64,000 nucleotides of DNA from Octopus sinensis. Lineage: Eukaryota. Below, piece after piece: positions 53,235 through 64,000 of the stretch. The notes beneath the pieces are model-generated. The model was not told where the DNA came from. It made no database searches and worked only from the letters and a program-made list of their open reading frames with translations. The DNA lies in the NCBI RefSeq assembly GCF_006345805.1, contig NC_043007.1, forward strand, positions 60,450,001 through 60,514,000. The letters run 5' to 3'. The translations under genes were made by a program, and so were the position numbers. How positions within the stretch are numbered: the stretch's first letter is position 1; each line of letters begins with the position of its first letter.

Positions 53235-53989
53235 CTGTGACTGGTGAAATATCACTACTTCTGTAATGATTTGTACTAGATGAAGGACCAATTTTGTAAA
53301 ATAAACTGTAATTTTGTATTAAACACACACACACACACAGTACTGTACATATACATAAATAGAAACAATCTTACATCCAGATTTTCCAACCCATAGCAGC
53401 ACGAAGAACCAAACATTGGACAAGGATGATGATGATAATAATAAATCCATACAATATTTTGAAAAATAACTTTTATTAACCAACTTGTCATCTTCTATTG
53501 AAATAACTGAACAGCTGTATAGATGTAAACACAATTTTTTTCTTCTATCAATAGACCCCACCCCTTAGAGTAGCCACCTGGTTTTGCCATTTTTAAAGGC
53601 CAAGAATCAACTCATCACTTTCTATTGAAAGAACTGACCAGCTGTAAAGATGTAAACACATTTTTTCTTCATTCTCTCTTCCCTTCTCTTTTCCATTGAC
53701 ACTCCTTTCAGATACACAGACACACACACACTCTCTCTCACTTTCTCCCCATTCCTCACCCTCTTTTACTATCTTATATCTCTCCCTACCCCCACACTCA
53801 ATAATACTATAATAAGAGAGGAATCATCTCAAACACATTCAAATCTGAAGAGTCTACTAGAGTAGATGCAAGCACTGATATATGATTTATAAAAACATGT
53901 GACATATTAATAAAGATTTGTAAATATAAAACCATCCAGATTTCTGAGTACCTTATTTCTTCTAATATATAATACCTGTTCATCACCTC

Positions 53990-54041
<52 letters not shown>

Positions 54042-55558
54042 GAAAATAAGACAAGGCAGAAAATGCTAAAATAATTTTATCATGAAATACATTTGTAATG
54101 GTTAGTACCGGTTTCAGCCTTTTCAACTTTTTCAACTAAGAGTAAAACAAAGGTGGATATTAATTAAGAAGAAAAACAATTAAATTGAAGAAAAAATTAA
54201 GTTTTGTAAGTATTTCCATAATCTTCAAATAAGTAGGACATTTTCCCTTTTCGTCTCTCTCTCTCTTTCTCCCTCTTTTCCTTTGTGAAGGCTCAGTAGA
54301 TAGTAGCAGATCTGAAAAAATAGTGTTTACGGGTGCAGAGAAATATTTGGTTATATATATACATATATATATATAGGGTCATCCCATAAATAATGTGGGG
54401 GGTTTTTTCAGTTGCATGAACTAAAAGTCAGAGGGGGATAGGATAAACTACCTGCATCAACTTGCTATAAAAGCAGGTAGTAATTTTACCTTGTATTTAT
54501 TCTTAGTGCAAGTTTTGAAGAGTGCAGTTCGATTTTAACAGTTATTTTTTCAAAACTATAATGGAAGTGACAAAGGATTATATGCAGCATATTTTGCTCT
54601 ATGAGTTCAATAAAGGCAACAATGCAATGGAAAGTGCAAGGAATTAATGCAGTATATGGGGATCTGACAATAAGTGTAAGCCAGTAACAATGGTGATGCC
54701 AGAATTCTGAACCAGAAACTACAACCTAGAAGATGAGCCTCATCCTAGAAGATCTGTACAGCTCAATGAGGACGTCTTGCAAACCCTTGTGGAACAAAAT
54801 CCCATTGTAACTGTTGAGGAACTAGCAGAGAAACTTGGATTTGGTCATTCAACCATTCATTGACACCTGCATGCCATCAGAGAAGTCAGCAAATTGGGTC
54901 AACGGGTTCCTCACAAACTTTCTGAGTTTAATCAGACACAGAGAATGAATGTGTGCTCTTCTTTGTTATCACGTCTCACAAATGAACCTTTTCTTGACCA
55001 AACAGTGATGAGAAATGGGTTCTCTATAAAACTGTCAAGCGCCGAAGACAGTGGGTAAGGAAAGGAGAAACACTGGCACCCCAGGCTAATGAAGGTCTTC
55101 ACCCACGTAAAGTGTTGTTATCTGTTTTGTGGGATATGAAAGGTTTAGTCCACTTTGAACTTTTAAACCCAAACCAAACGATAACAAAGATCTACTGTGA
55201 GCAGCTTAAGCGAGCACTAGAAGAAAATCAACTATCTTTCATTTCAAGACGAAAGGTGCACTTTCATCAGGATAATGCTCGGCCACATACAGCAAGGATG
55301 ACATTCCAAAGGCTGGGGCAGTCTGAAAGGGAAACAATGCCCCATCCACTATATTCACCAGACATTGCTCTATCTAATTATCATTTATTCTGCAGTCTTC
55401 AAAATCATTTGGATGGAAAAAATATGAATTCTGCAGACAAGGCCAGATCAGTACTGGAGGAGTAGTTTTCGTCACAGACAAGTGAATTTTGGAAGAGGGG
55501 ACCTTGCAAGTCTACCTGATAGATGGAAAAGCATTGTAGAAAATGAAGGAGAGTATAT

Positions 55559-56656
55559 TGTTGTGGTTCGGCTGGTACAGTATTTCTTGACCTACTTTGT
55601 TGAGAGTGGAGACGGAAAGCCTGGAATAAAAAGTTACAGCCCTTTGTTTACTGGAAGACTAATGGCTTTTGGAGGGACCTTTAGCCTTGTGCCGGTCGAT
55701 TAGGGGTGAGAGAGATGTGAGGGCCGAGGAAGATAGAGTAAGGAAGAATCTAGTGACAGTGAAGAAGAGGAAGAAGAAAGTAGTGAGAAAGACAGAGTAA
55801 GGGATCTGAGAGCAGATAGAGAGAATATTAGAAGTGCTAAGACAGATTGAGGGGTGGTGAGAGAGCAAGACGTTTGAACAGTCGGATTTTGGTCGTCAAA
55901 GCGAGCGGTTGGACTTAGGAGCAAGAGGTTTTGGGCAGTCGGTATTCGGTCGTCAAGGCAAGTGGTTGGGATTCAAGAGTTTGGCAAGTTGGAGCTAGCA
56001 GTACTGAGAGAGATGAGGTACAATATGAGACATTGGCTAATGTAAGGTACGTAAATTGTGTATTGATATGTGAAGAACAAGAAGGACAAGGAATCGATGT
56101 ATTGAACAGTGAAAAGAAATGAGACAGTGAAAAGAACAATGTGAAATGTGTAAGGACATTGTGTACAGTGTTGTGATTTGAACATTGTATAATGAACATT
56201 GAACTGTTAGGCCTTTAATGTCCTTTGAACTGTATATGCCTTTAATGTGTTTTGAAATAGAACTGTGTCTTCGGACGCGTACTCTTGAAATGCTGATGTA
56301 TTGAACTTGATGTGTTGTTACCGGACGGTTATATTGTATCTGCATGTTTAAATGCTTTGATCTGTGGTATACCTGTATGATGTGTTGATTCTGTTACTTG
56401 CTTGTATTTACCTGATGTATCTTTAAATGTAATTGATGTTGTAACAATTGATTGTCATATAAACTAGTTGTTAAATGTAAGCCAGTTGCCTTGCCTCTTT
56501 GTGTCTCTCTCGGTTGCCTCTGTGCTGCTGCTGCTGCTGTTGTTGTGTCGTTGTCTCTCTCCTCTCTGGTTTCCGTGGCGAAAACATTCGCTGCATCGAA
56601 TGGGCCTGGGTGTGAGGGATTCCGTAACAGTTCGAATCGGAGGTTCCCTCGTAACA
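55559..56656. mobile_element. Solo LTR (1098 bp), gypsy-like, with 4-bp TSD ATAT
   Basis: ATAT|TGTTGTGG...CCCTCGTAACA|ATAT. Removing it restores the mariner C-terminus GAA GGA GAG TAT ATT TTA GGT TAA (EGEYILG*). Orientation not resolved. Confidence 0.8.
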
Positions 56657-56728
56657 ATATTTTAGGTTAAAAAAGAACTTTGTTTATCATAAATCTGAAA
56701 AATAACAGAAGTATAAAAATACCACATT

Positions 56729-57191
56729 GGCACGTAAAAAGCACCATCCATTCGTGGCCGTTGCCAGCCTCGCCTGGCCCCCATGCCAGTGGCACATAAA
56801 AAAGCACCATCCATTCGTGACCGTTTGCCAGACTCGTCTGGCACCACCATCCGTTCGTGGCCATTGCCAGCGCTGCCCCGACTGGCCTCGTGCCGGTGGC
56901 ACGTAAAAAGCACCATCTGTTCGTGGCCGTTGCCAGCCTCGCCTGGCACATAAAAAGCACCATCCATCCGTGGCCATTTGCCAGCTCCATCTGGCACCTG
57001 TGCGGGTGGCACGTAAAAAGCACCCACTACACTCACGGAGTGGTTGGCGTTAGGAAGGGCATCCAGCTGTAGAAACACTGCCAGATCAGATTGGGCCTGA
57101 TGCAGCCTTCTGGCTTCACAGACCCCAGTTGAACCGTCCAACCCATGCTAGCATGGAAAGCGGACGCTAAATGATGATGATGATGATGATG
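56729..57191 (+). mobile_element. (GAT)-tailed SINE with about 5 5' subrepeats, inserted in the mariner right TIR
   Basis: Repeated ggcacgtaaaaagcaccatcc units, the core, then (GAT)n merging into atttatgggatgaccc. Confidence 0.88.
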
Positions 57192-57213
57192 ATTTATGGG
57201 ATGACCCAATATA

Positions 57214-58793
57214 CAGTTGCAGCCAAAATGTTCAGAACGGCATTGTTTTCGCCAGAAAAGTAGGTATAAGTTTTTATCAAAGTTGTTTTATATTCTATAA
57301 TTTTCACAGACAATAAATACAATATTAATTGTTATTGTCTGAGATTTTGGTGTAATTTGAGGGTATAATACAAAAGTTATGGATGATTTAGTGATTTACT
57401 GCAAAACCCATGGCGGCCAAAAGGATCAGAACGGTTGCTTTTACTCCATGTTTTAGTATATTTAACCGGCGAACTCTAATGTTTTGAATTTGTTTACGTG
57501 ACAGTTTGTTTACTAAACATTAGTAAGAATATATTTGTTAATATAATGCCACTTACTCCGTTATCAATTCGTCAGCAGATTATTAAGCTTCGAAAGAAGG
57601 ATAATTTAATTATTGGGTCTATTGCAAAGATTGTTAACAAGTCAAAAAGTGTTGTTCACTGTATTCTTAAGGTCTTCGATGATTGTGGTTCGTGTGAAGC
57701 AAGAAAGTCTACAGATAGGCCAAGAGAGAAGATTGTGCTATGGTAAAGTTGGTTAAAAAGGACAGATTTAAAACTGCTGCTGCTGTTTCTCGGGAAATGA
57801 GCATTGTACCGAAGAAAACGTTATCTCGAAAAACTTGTCTCATCGTTTAGTTGAACATAACCTACAAGCAAGATCACCAGCAGTGAAGCCACTGATCAGC
57901 TCCAAAAATAAAAAGTGTTGTCTTACCTTTGCAACCGAACATGTGTTGTGGTCTCAAGAAAAATGGCAAACAGCGCATTTCAGTGATGAATCTAAGTTTA
58001 TGTTATTTGGCTCAGATGGGAAAAGGTACGTTCGTTGAAAAGTAGGTGAAAAATTGTCGCCTAAATGCCTTAAGACTAGTGTTAAATTTGGTAGAGGAAG
58101 TGTCATGGTTTGGGGGATGATATCTGGAGATGGTGCGGGCCCTTTGGTACGATTACATGGAAACGTAAATGCAGGAGTTTATAAACAACTTGTAAAAGAT
58201 CATGTCTTGCCTGTGCTGAGAAATTCAACTAAGCGGTCCCATGTCACAAGGCTAAGGTGGTCATGAACTTCCTCAAGGCTGGAAAGGTTAGTATTATGGA
58301 TTGGCTTGCTCAAAGCCCAGATCTCAATCCTATTGAAAATGTGTGGAATATTCTAGGAGACCGTTCGAAAGCCAGAAATCCTAAAACAACCGAGCAATTA
58401 TGGAATGCCCTTCAGGAAGAATGGAATAAGATCACCTAGCAAGAAATTGAAAATTTTATTTCTTCATGCAGTCGAAGATGTCAAAGTGTGATTGAAGCTA
58501 AAGGGCTTCACACTAAATATTAAATAATTCCAGTATTCTCTGTTATTTTTGATTATTTTGTTATTTTTTCAACCGTTCTGATCATTTTGGCCGCCATGGG
58601 TTTTGCAGCAAATCCCTAAATCATCCATAACTTTTGTATTATCCTCTCAAATTACACCAAAATCTCAGACAATAACAATTAATATTGTATTTATTGTCTG
58701 TGACAATTATAGAATATAAAACAACTTTGATAAAAACTTATACCTACTTTTCTGGCGAAAACAATGCCGTTCTGAACATTTTGGCCGCAACTG
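57214..58793 (+). mobile_element. Tc1-family (DD34E) element, 1580 bp, with 224-bp IR/DR-type TIRs
   Basis: TA|CAGTTGCAGCCAAAATGTTCAGAACGG... (57214-57437) is inverted at 58570-58793 ...CCGTTCTGAACATTTTGGCCGCAACTG|TA. Confidence 0.95.
57546..58523 (+). pseudogene. Tc1 transposase pseudogene
   Basis: MPLTPLSIRQQII...; FSDESKF; SVMVWGMIS; SPDLNPIENVW; ...GLHTKY*. Carries frameshifts and stops, and the QDNAP segment (second catalytic Asp) is deleted before CHKAKVV. Confidence 0.9.
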
Positions 58794-58817
58794 TATATAT
58801 AAATGTATAAATGTATA

Positions 58818-58938
58818 AATGGAATAAGATCACCTAGCAAGAAATTGAAAATTTTATTTCCTCATGCAGTCGAAGATGTCAAAGTGTGATTGAAGCTAAA
58901 GGGCTTCACACTAAATATTAAATATTAAATAATTCCAG
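58818..58938 (+). repeat. Copy of Tc1 internal segment 58420-58533 lying outside the right TIR
   Basis: aatggaataagatcacctagcaagaaattg...cactaaatattaaataattccag is present at both places. Confidence 0.9.
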
Positions 58939-58969
58939 ATTTAACAAGGTAAAAATACACTCATCTATT

Positions 58970-59077
<108 letters not shown>

Positions 59078-59103
59078 TATATATATATACACACATGCGT
59101 ATA

Positions 59104-59144
<41 letters not shown>

Positions 59145-59552
59145 TGTGTGTGTGTACATTTGATTGTATTTATGCACATAGACTTACCATAGCCAAATTT
59201 TGTTACTGTTGCTGGCTATGTTCATTTTACTATTGTTTGATGTTTCATTTACTCCATGCACACACTTATTTTTTTCACATGTGCTTGGTCCTGCTGGTTG
59301 AAGATTTAAAGGAAATTGTAATTCATTGAACAAAAGAAATACTTACATGACTAGTCATGTGTTAGAGCCCTCTGCCTGAAAGGAAACATTCTCACAAACT
59401 TTCCAGGTGCTGAAATCTGTCCCCCACTTTCCCACTCACTCCTCCTTTCATTGCCTTCATGTTTGAGCAGCCACCATCAATGTGGGCACAATAAACATTT
59501 CCAGTGAGATTGTTGAAATGTTAAAGAGGAGTGTGTACCATATAGAAGGTGT

Positions 59553-59749
59553 ATGCTGGCAGAAACGTTAGCACGCCGGGCGAAATGCGTAGCCGTATTC
59601 CGTCTGCCGTTACGTTCTGAGTTCAAATTCCGCCGAGGTCGATAAATTAAGTACCAGTTATGCACTGGGGTCGATGTAATCGACTTAATCCGTTTATCTG
59701 TCCTTGTTTGTCCCCTCTGTGTTTAACCCCTTGTGGGTAGTAAAGAAAT
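59553..59749 (+). mobile_element. tRNA-derived SINE with 13-bp TSD
   Basis: ATATAGAAGGTGT at 59540-52 and 59750-62; homologous to 12647-12830. Confidence 0.85.
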
Positions 59750-60577
59750 ATATAGAAGGTGTTAGATGAAGTGGAGCCTCAACCTGACGCCTCACAGGCA
59801 AGGAACAAAGGTTGGCAATAGTGAAAGTGTGGGCTGTGCAAACAGTTTTTGCAGATAAATAGGCAGATAAAGTGATTTAGGTAGAGTGTGTGACAGGGTA
59901 ATTAATGCTTAAATATGTCTTGGAAAATGCATCAGTGACACATTAAGTCTGTGACTAATGCAAACTTCCAACAAAACTGAGTGTGATGTAGTGGTGAACC
60001 AGTGAGGCAGACAGAGCCTTATAAAAGATAGCCAGAAGAGAAGCTGGGTGAAAGGGTTTTTTAACAAGAGGAGAAGCAGAAAGACAGGTTTGCTAACATG
60101 CTACAAAGTGAGGATCAGAGACATGTTCCAAATCACAAGGCAGTGTATCAGAAAGAATTAAGATGTTGTGGGAGAGAAGTACATACAGATGAATGGATAA
60201 TGGTACATTTGCACTTTATGATTTTGAGAAAAAAGAGGCATGGAAAAGCTGCTATGATAGAAAAGTCTTCTTGGTGTAGATCTTACATTGGGACCAGCCA
60301 GCCATTCTAAAAGACAGCAGTGTAATAGATAAAGCAATTAAGGATATGAAGAACAGGAAAAATTCCTGGACCATCAGGAATTACTGCTGAAAAGCTTAAA
60401 ATATCTGGAATTGTAGGATTTGGCTTAGTTACCCAAATGGCCAATCACAATATACCAGAAAGTGTCATCCACAATGGCTGGCATAACAGCATTATAGTCA
60501 ACTTTTACAAAGGCAAAGATGCCTTAACCCTTTAGCATTCAGGTTATTCTGTTTAATGTAATGCTTTTATATTCACA

Positions 60578-62074
60578 CTAGCAGTATCGCCCGGCGTTGC
60601 TCGGGTTTGTAAGGGAAATAACTATATAAGCATTTTTAGAGAGTTATAGCAAAAAAATAGCAAAAAAATGCATTAAAAATGGAAAAAAAATTAAGGTAAA
60701 TTTTTTTTTAAATCGTTGACACATCGTAGATATTTTTAGAGAGTTACTTACCTTATATAATAGCGAAAAAATGCATTAAAATGGAAAAATATGATGGTAA
60801 ATTTTTTTAAATCGTAGACTCATCGTAGACGCGCGCTAATACCCAGAAGGGCTCGATATGAATCACGACTATAAGATACCCGGTTTTGGTTACACTGCAC
60901 CGCAAAATGTGGGAGTAGTTAGGAATCTAAATCGTAGGAGACAGACACACAACTTCACTTTTATATATAAAGATATAAGCCACGTAGTTATATACACATA
61001 CTTTGTTATATACACATTCTTAAAAGAAAATGTTATTTTGAACACAACATTTATAAAGAATAAAATATTTTTTGGTTTTTCTCAACCCTTTCGTTACTAT
61101 ATTTCTGACCAAAATAAACCCCTTATGTGTTTCAATTAATTTCTAACGTAATCATAAATTTAGTCTGGTTTCATTAAACAACTATAACTTTTTTATTTAT
61201 CAATATATTAATCTGATTTTTGGAAGATAATTTAATGAAATGTTCTCAACCAATTCTATACTATAATTTTTGTCACAAAGTGACTCTAATTGCAGGTAGA
61301 TACAGGTAAATTCAACAAAATATAAAATTATTAAAATTTTGTTCAAACATCGCTATAGAAAATGGGTTATTAGCTAATATTCAATTGGGTATACAACAAA
61401 ATTTTACAATAGAATTTGTTATTCTGGGTAACTTTCTGATACCCATAATAATATTTATGGCAAAATAAGCCTTAATTTCATTTAAGGTTGTGGGAAATAA
61501 CAAACTATCCTTTCTTTCGCTTTGTTTACGTTTAGCGTAACAGTTCGTTTCCGCCGTAATGATTTCAAATAGGCTCATTCGAAAAAGTAAAAAGAAATAG
61601 TCTAAGGCTTTACTCTTCTGGGAAAGTCTGTGGCTTGGTCCAATTTCTTCAGAAAAATCACCAAAAGAAACAGTTTTTAAATTTTCACTCCATTCAGGTG
61701 CCAATTCATTTTCTTTATCGCTGTCGGAGCTCTCGGATTCACTGTTTTCACTTTAATCATTGCAAACTTGCAAAGAGAAAGTCGTAGAAATTAGAGTGAT
61801 AGCGTGAGTGAATCAGATCGCTCCCTTTTTGTGTGTGTGTGTGTGTGTATGCTATAGCCCACACTAAGAAAAGCACTTGACTAACACACCACAATGTGAG
61901 TTTTCTCTAAATTTTGCTTAATTGGGGTTGAAATTTTAAAAACTGGACCTGGCACGACCCGATTTATTCTACTCTTAAAAATGCTAGGTAAATTGTAATT
62001 GAAGAAATCCTATATTGTAGATTTCTATAAGAGACAAAGGGAGGCAAATGAAATCTGCCTTTTATAATAAGAGA
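60578..62074 (-). mobile_element. Composite non-autonomous Helitron (1497 bp)
   Basis: Minus strand reads A^TCTCTTATTATAAAAG ... CCCGAGCAACGCCGGG hairpin, 8 nt, CTAG^T, with no TSD. A second internal 5' end TCTTTATATATAAAAG lies at 60973. Confidence 0.8.
61381..61770 (-). pseudogene. piggyBac (PGBD/DDE_Tnp_1_7-like) transposase N-terminal fragment
   Basis: Acidic SESESSDSDKENE, then DYFFLLF..SLFEII.AETNCYA...TTLNEIKAYFAINIIMGIRKLP; truncated before the catalytic core. Confidence 0.8.
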
Positions 62075-64000
62075 TTGTTTTGAATTAGTCATGCATTATC
62101 TTATTGTATTAAAATTTCAATGATGTACTTGCTTATTTTTAGTATGACATTGTAGGGTAAGTGTGAGAGGCTGAATATGGCCAGTCTGTACATAAAAAAG
62201 GTATAACATTAAAGAGAAGTAATTACAGAGGTATTAAATTATTGGATAAGGTCATGAAAATTATGGAATCAGTTTATAGCTCAAGTCATTAGGAAGAGAA
62301 TTAGATTACATAAGATGTAGTTTGGTTTTGTACCAGAAAGAAGCATTACTGATACTCTTTTCTTGGTGAGGCAACTGCCTTGTACTCGGCATTTGATGAC
62401 TAGGAGAAAGTTTTCAGCAGAGTCCCTTGCTCTATGATCTAATGGTCACTGTGGAAGCTAAGCATAAACAGAAATGAGAGTTAGCAATGATAATAGTGAT
62501 TAATGCAGTATGCAGTAGAAGTTCAGCAGGGATCAGTCCTTAGTCCCTTTTTATTCATCATAACAGGGGAACTTAAAATCAGATCCCCATGGGAACTGTT
62601 GTATGTTGATGACCTCATTTTCATGGCTGAATCCATAATAGAATTAGAAATAAAATTTCAGGTGTAGAAGCAAAACATAGAATCAAAAAGCCACAAAGTT
62701 AACTTAGCAAGGACCAAAATTTTAATAAGTAGGAAAACAGACAGGACTCTTCCATTATGGAAATGATCTTGCTCAATGTGTAAAAAAGGATGTAGGTAGA
62801 CATTTCATACAGTGTACCCAGTGCAAACTATGAATACACAAGAGCTGCAGTGGTACCAGAGGCATCAACAGAGAAAGTAGACTTTGTATGTGGCAGATGC
62901 ACAGGAGCAATAAACATTAAGAGCAAATGGGAAATATAATTTCTCAAATGCCCAGGTTTCCTAGAAGTAGTAAGTAACTTTTATTATCTAGATGGCCAAA
63001 TTAGCAAATCTTTATTTGGTCAGCTTTTTTGTGGCTAAAATCTTTTTATCTTTTACATAATTCATAATTCAGTCATTGGACTGTGGCCTTGAGATATTAA
63101 GGAATTTTTTTGTTCCCACTGCTTTCATAGATTCCCATGACTCTCTTTTGCCATCCAAATCCATTATTATGAATTTGAATTGGGAGCTTGAGTCATAGTG
63201 AGTCTTTCATCAGCTGATTACACAACCATGGATGCCACCCCTATGGATGTATTGCAGGTCAATCTATTGACAGAACTTGGTGGTCCTAATCGTTGATCTT
63301 CTAGGATTCCTTTGTTCAGCATCAATGTAAGAAGCACCATTGCTTCAGGTGAGCTCTCCACTACCTCTTCACAAGTCACTATGCTGCAGTCCCATGACTT
63401 CACCATATCCCTGGCAGGGTAGCTGAATAGGTGCTATGTCTTGTCAAAGGGCAGCCCTTAACTATGCAGGGCACGGTTATCCACTCCATGAGGTATTTTC
63501 AAAATACTTACATACCCAAATATTAAGAATAATTTTGATAATAATATTGCTAATTATCAAAATATAAGGTAATTAGAAGAGAGAAAATATGACCTTGGCT
63601 GATGGCAATACCAATTGCAAAAATAAAATAACCAGTCTGAATTAGAGGAACATTTGATGTTGCAAATATAGAGATGTTGATTAAAGAAAAGAATAGAAAA
63701 TTGCCAATCAAGCTTAAAATATGGCTGGCTCTAAATGTCTGCTGTAACCCAAATAATGAAAATGTTTCTCTTAAACAAATCAACTCCAATACTTTTTTAA
63801 AAACCTAGTTCTTATTCTGTGGGTCTCTTTTTGTCAAACCACTAAGTTAGTGGGATGTAAACAAACCAAGAATGGGTATCAAATGGTGGTGAGGGACAAA
63901 CAAAAACATGGTGATATTCACACACACAAATATATATATAAATAAATACATATACATACATATATATATATATTCATTTATTCTTCTACTTGTTTCAACC

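Larger units (their letters stand above)
54374..57209 (+). mobile_element. Mariner element interrupted by a solo LTR and a SINE
   Basis: Left TIR TA|TAGGGTCATCCCATAAATAATGTGG. Decayed transposase from ATG 54561 (MEVTKDYMQHILLYEF, DEKWVLY, HQDNARPH, YSPDIA). Right TIR is split: accacatt(56721-28)/atttatgggatgacccaa(57192-209)|TA. Confidence 0.9.
60528..62208. mobile_element. TTAA-flanked non-autonomous (piggyBac-like) MITE, itself interrupted
   Basis: TTAA at 60524-27 and 62209-12. Removing the insert restores the LINE codons GAT GCC TTA AAG AGA AGT AAT TAC. Left end CCCTTTAGCATTC; right TIR degenerate. Confidence 0.75.
59850..63005 (+). mobile_element. Decayed RTE-clade LINE (RT region), split by nested insertions; ends approximate
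   Basis: PGPSGITAEKLKISG; YKGKDA|LKRSNYRGIKLLD across the insertion; FGFVPERS.TD; QQGSVLSP.LF; PWELLYVDDL; KVNLARTK. Confidence 0.85.

Noticed and set aside
55112-55465. 117-aa ORF as an active transposase
   Set aside because: Only a fragment of the broken mariner ORF; the third catalytic Asp is replaced (SNYHLF) and the right TIR is disrupted.
56729-57030. Repeat-spacer-like array resembling CRISPR
   Set aside because: The 'spacers' are homologous to each other, the array is part of a eukaryotic SINE, and no cas genes are present.

Overview
Eukaryotic, strongly AT-rich, microsatellite-laden genomic DNA. Its repeat families look like those I recall from octopus genomes, so the taxon is an inference. 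The only host gene I can support is the 3' end of a plasma-membrane Ca2+-ATPase (PMCA/ATP2B) on the + strand. Four constitutive exons (1751-1964, 3554-3771, 5750-5857, 8161-8346) splice in frame and end in the middle of the calmodulin-binding domain. They are followed by three alternative phase-0 terminal exons (20074-20469, 21564-21740, 31211-31426). Each completes the CaM site differently; the first two end in class I PDZ motifs (ETSI, DTSV) and the third has none. The long intron before them holds a tail-to-tail inverted SINE pair and candidate short cassette exons. From about 46 kb onward the window is a transposon graveyard with resolvable nesting: two mariners, a Penelope-like element with a 5' inversion, a solo LTR and a SINE inside one mariner, an IR/DR-type Tc1, and an RTE LINE split by a TTAA MITE that is itself split by a composite Helitron carrying a piggyBac transposase fragment. 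Nearly all other ORFs in the track are microsatellite or SINE artefacts.
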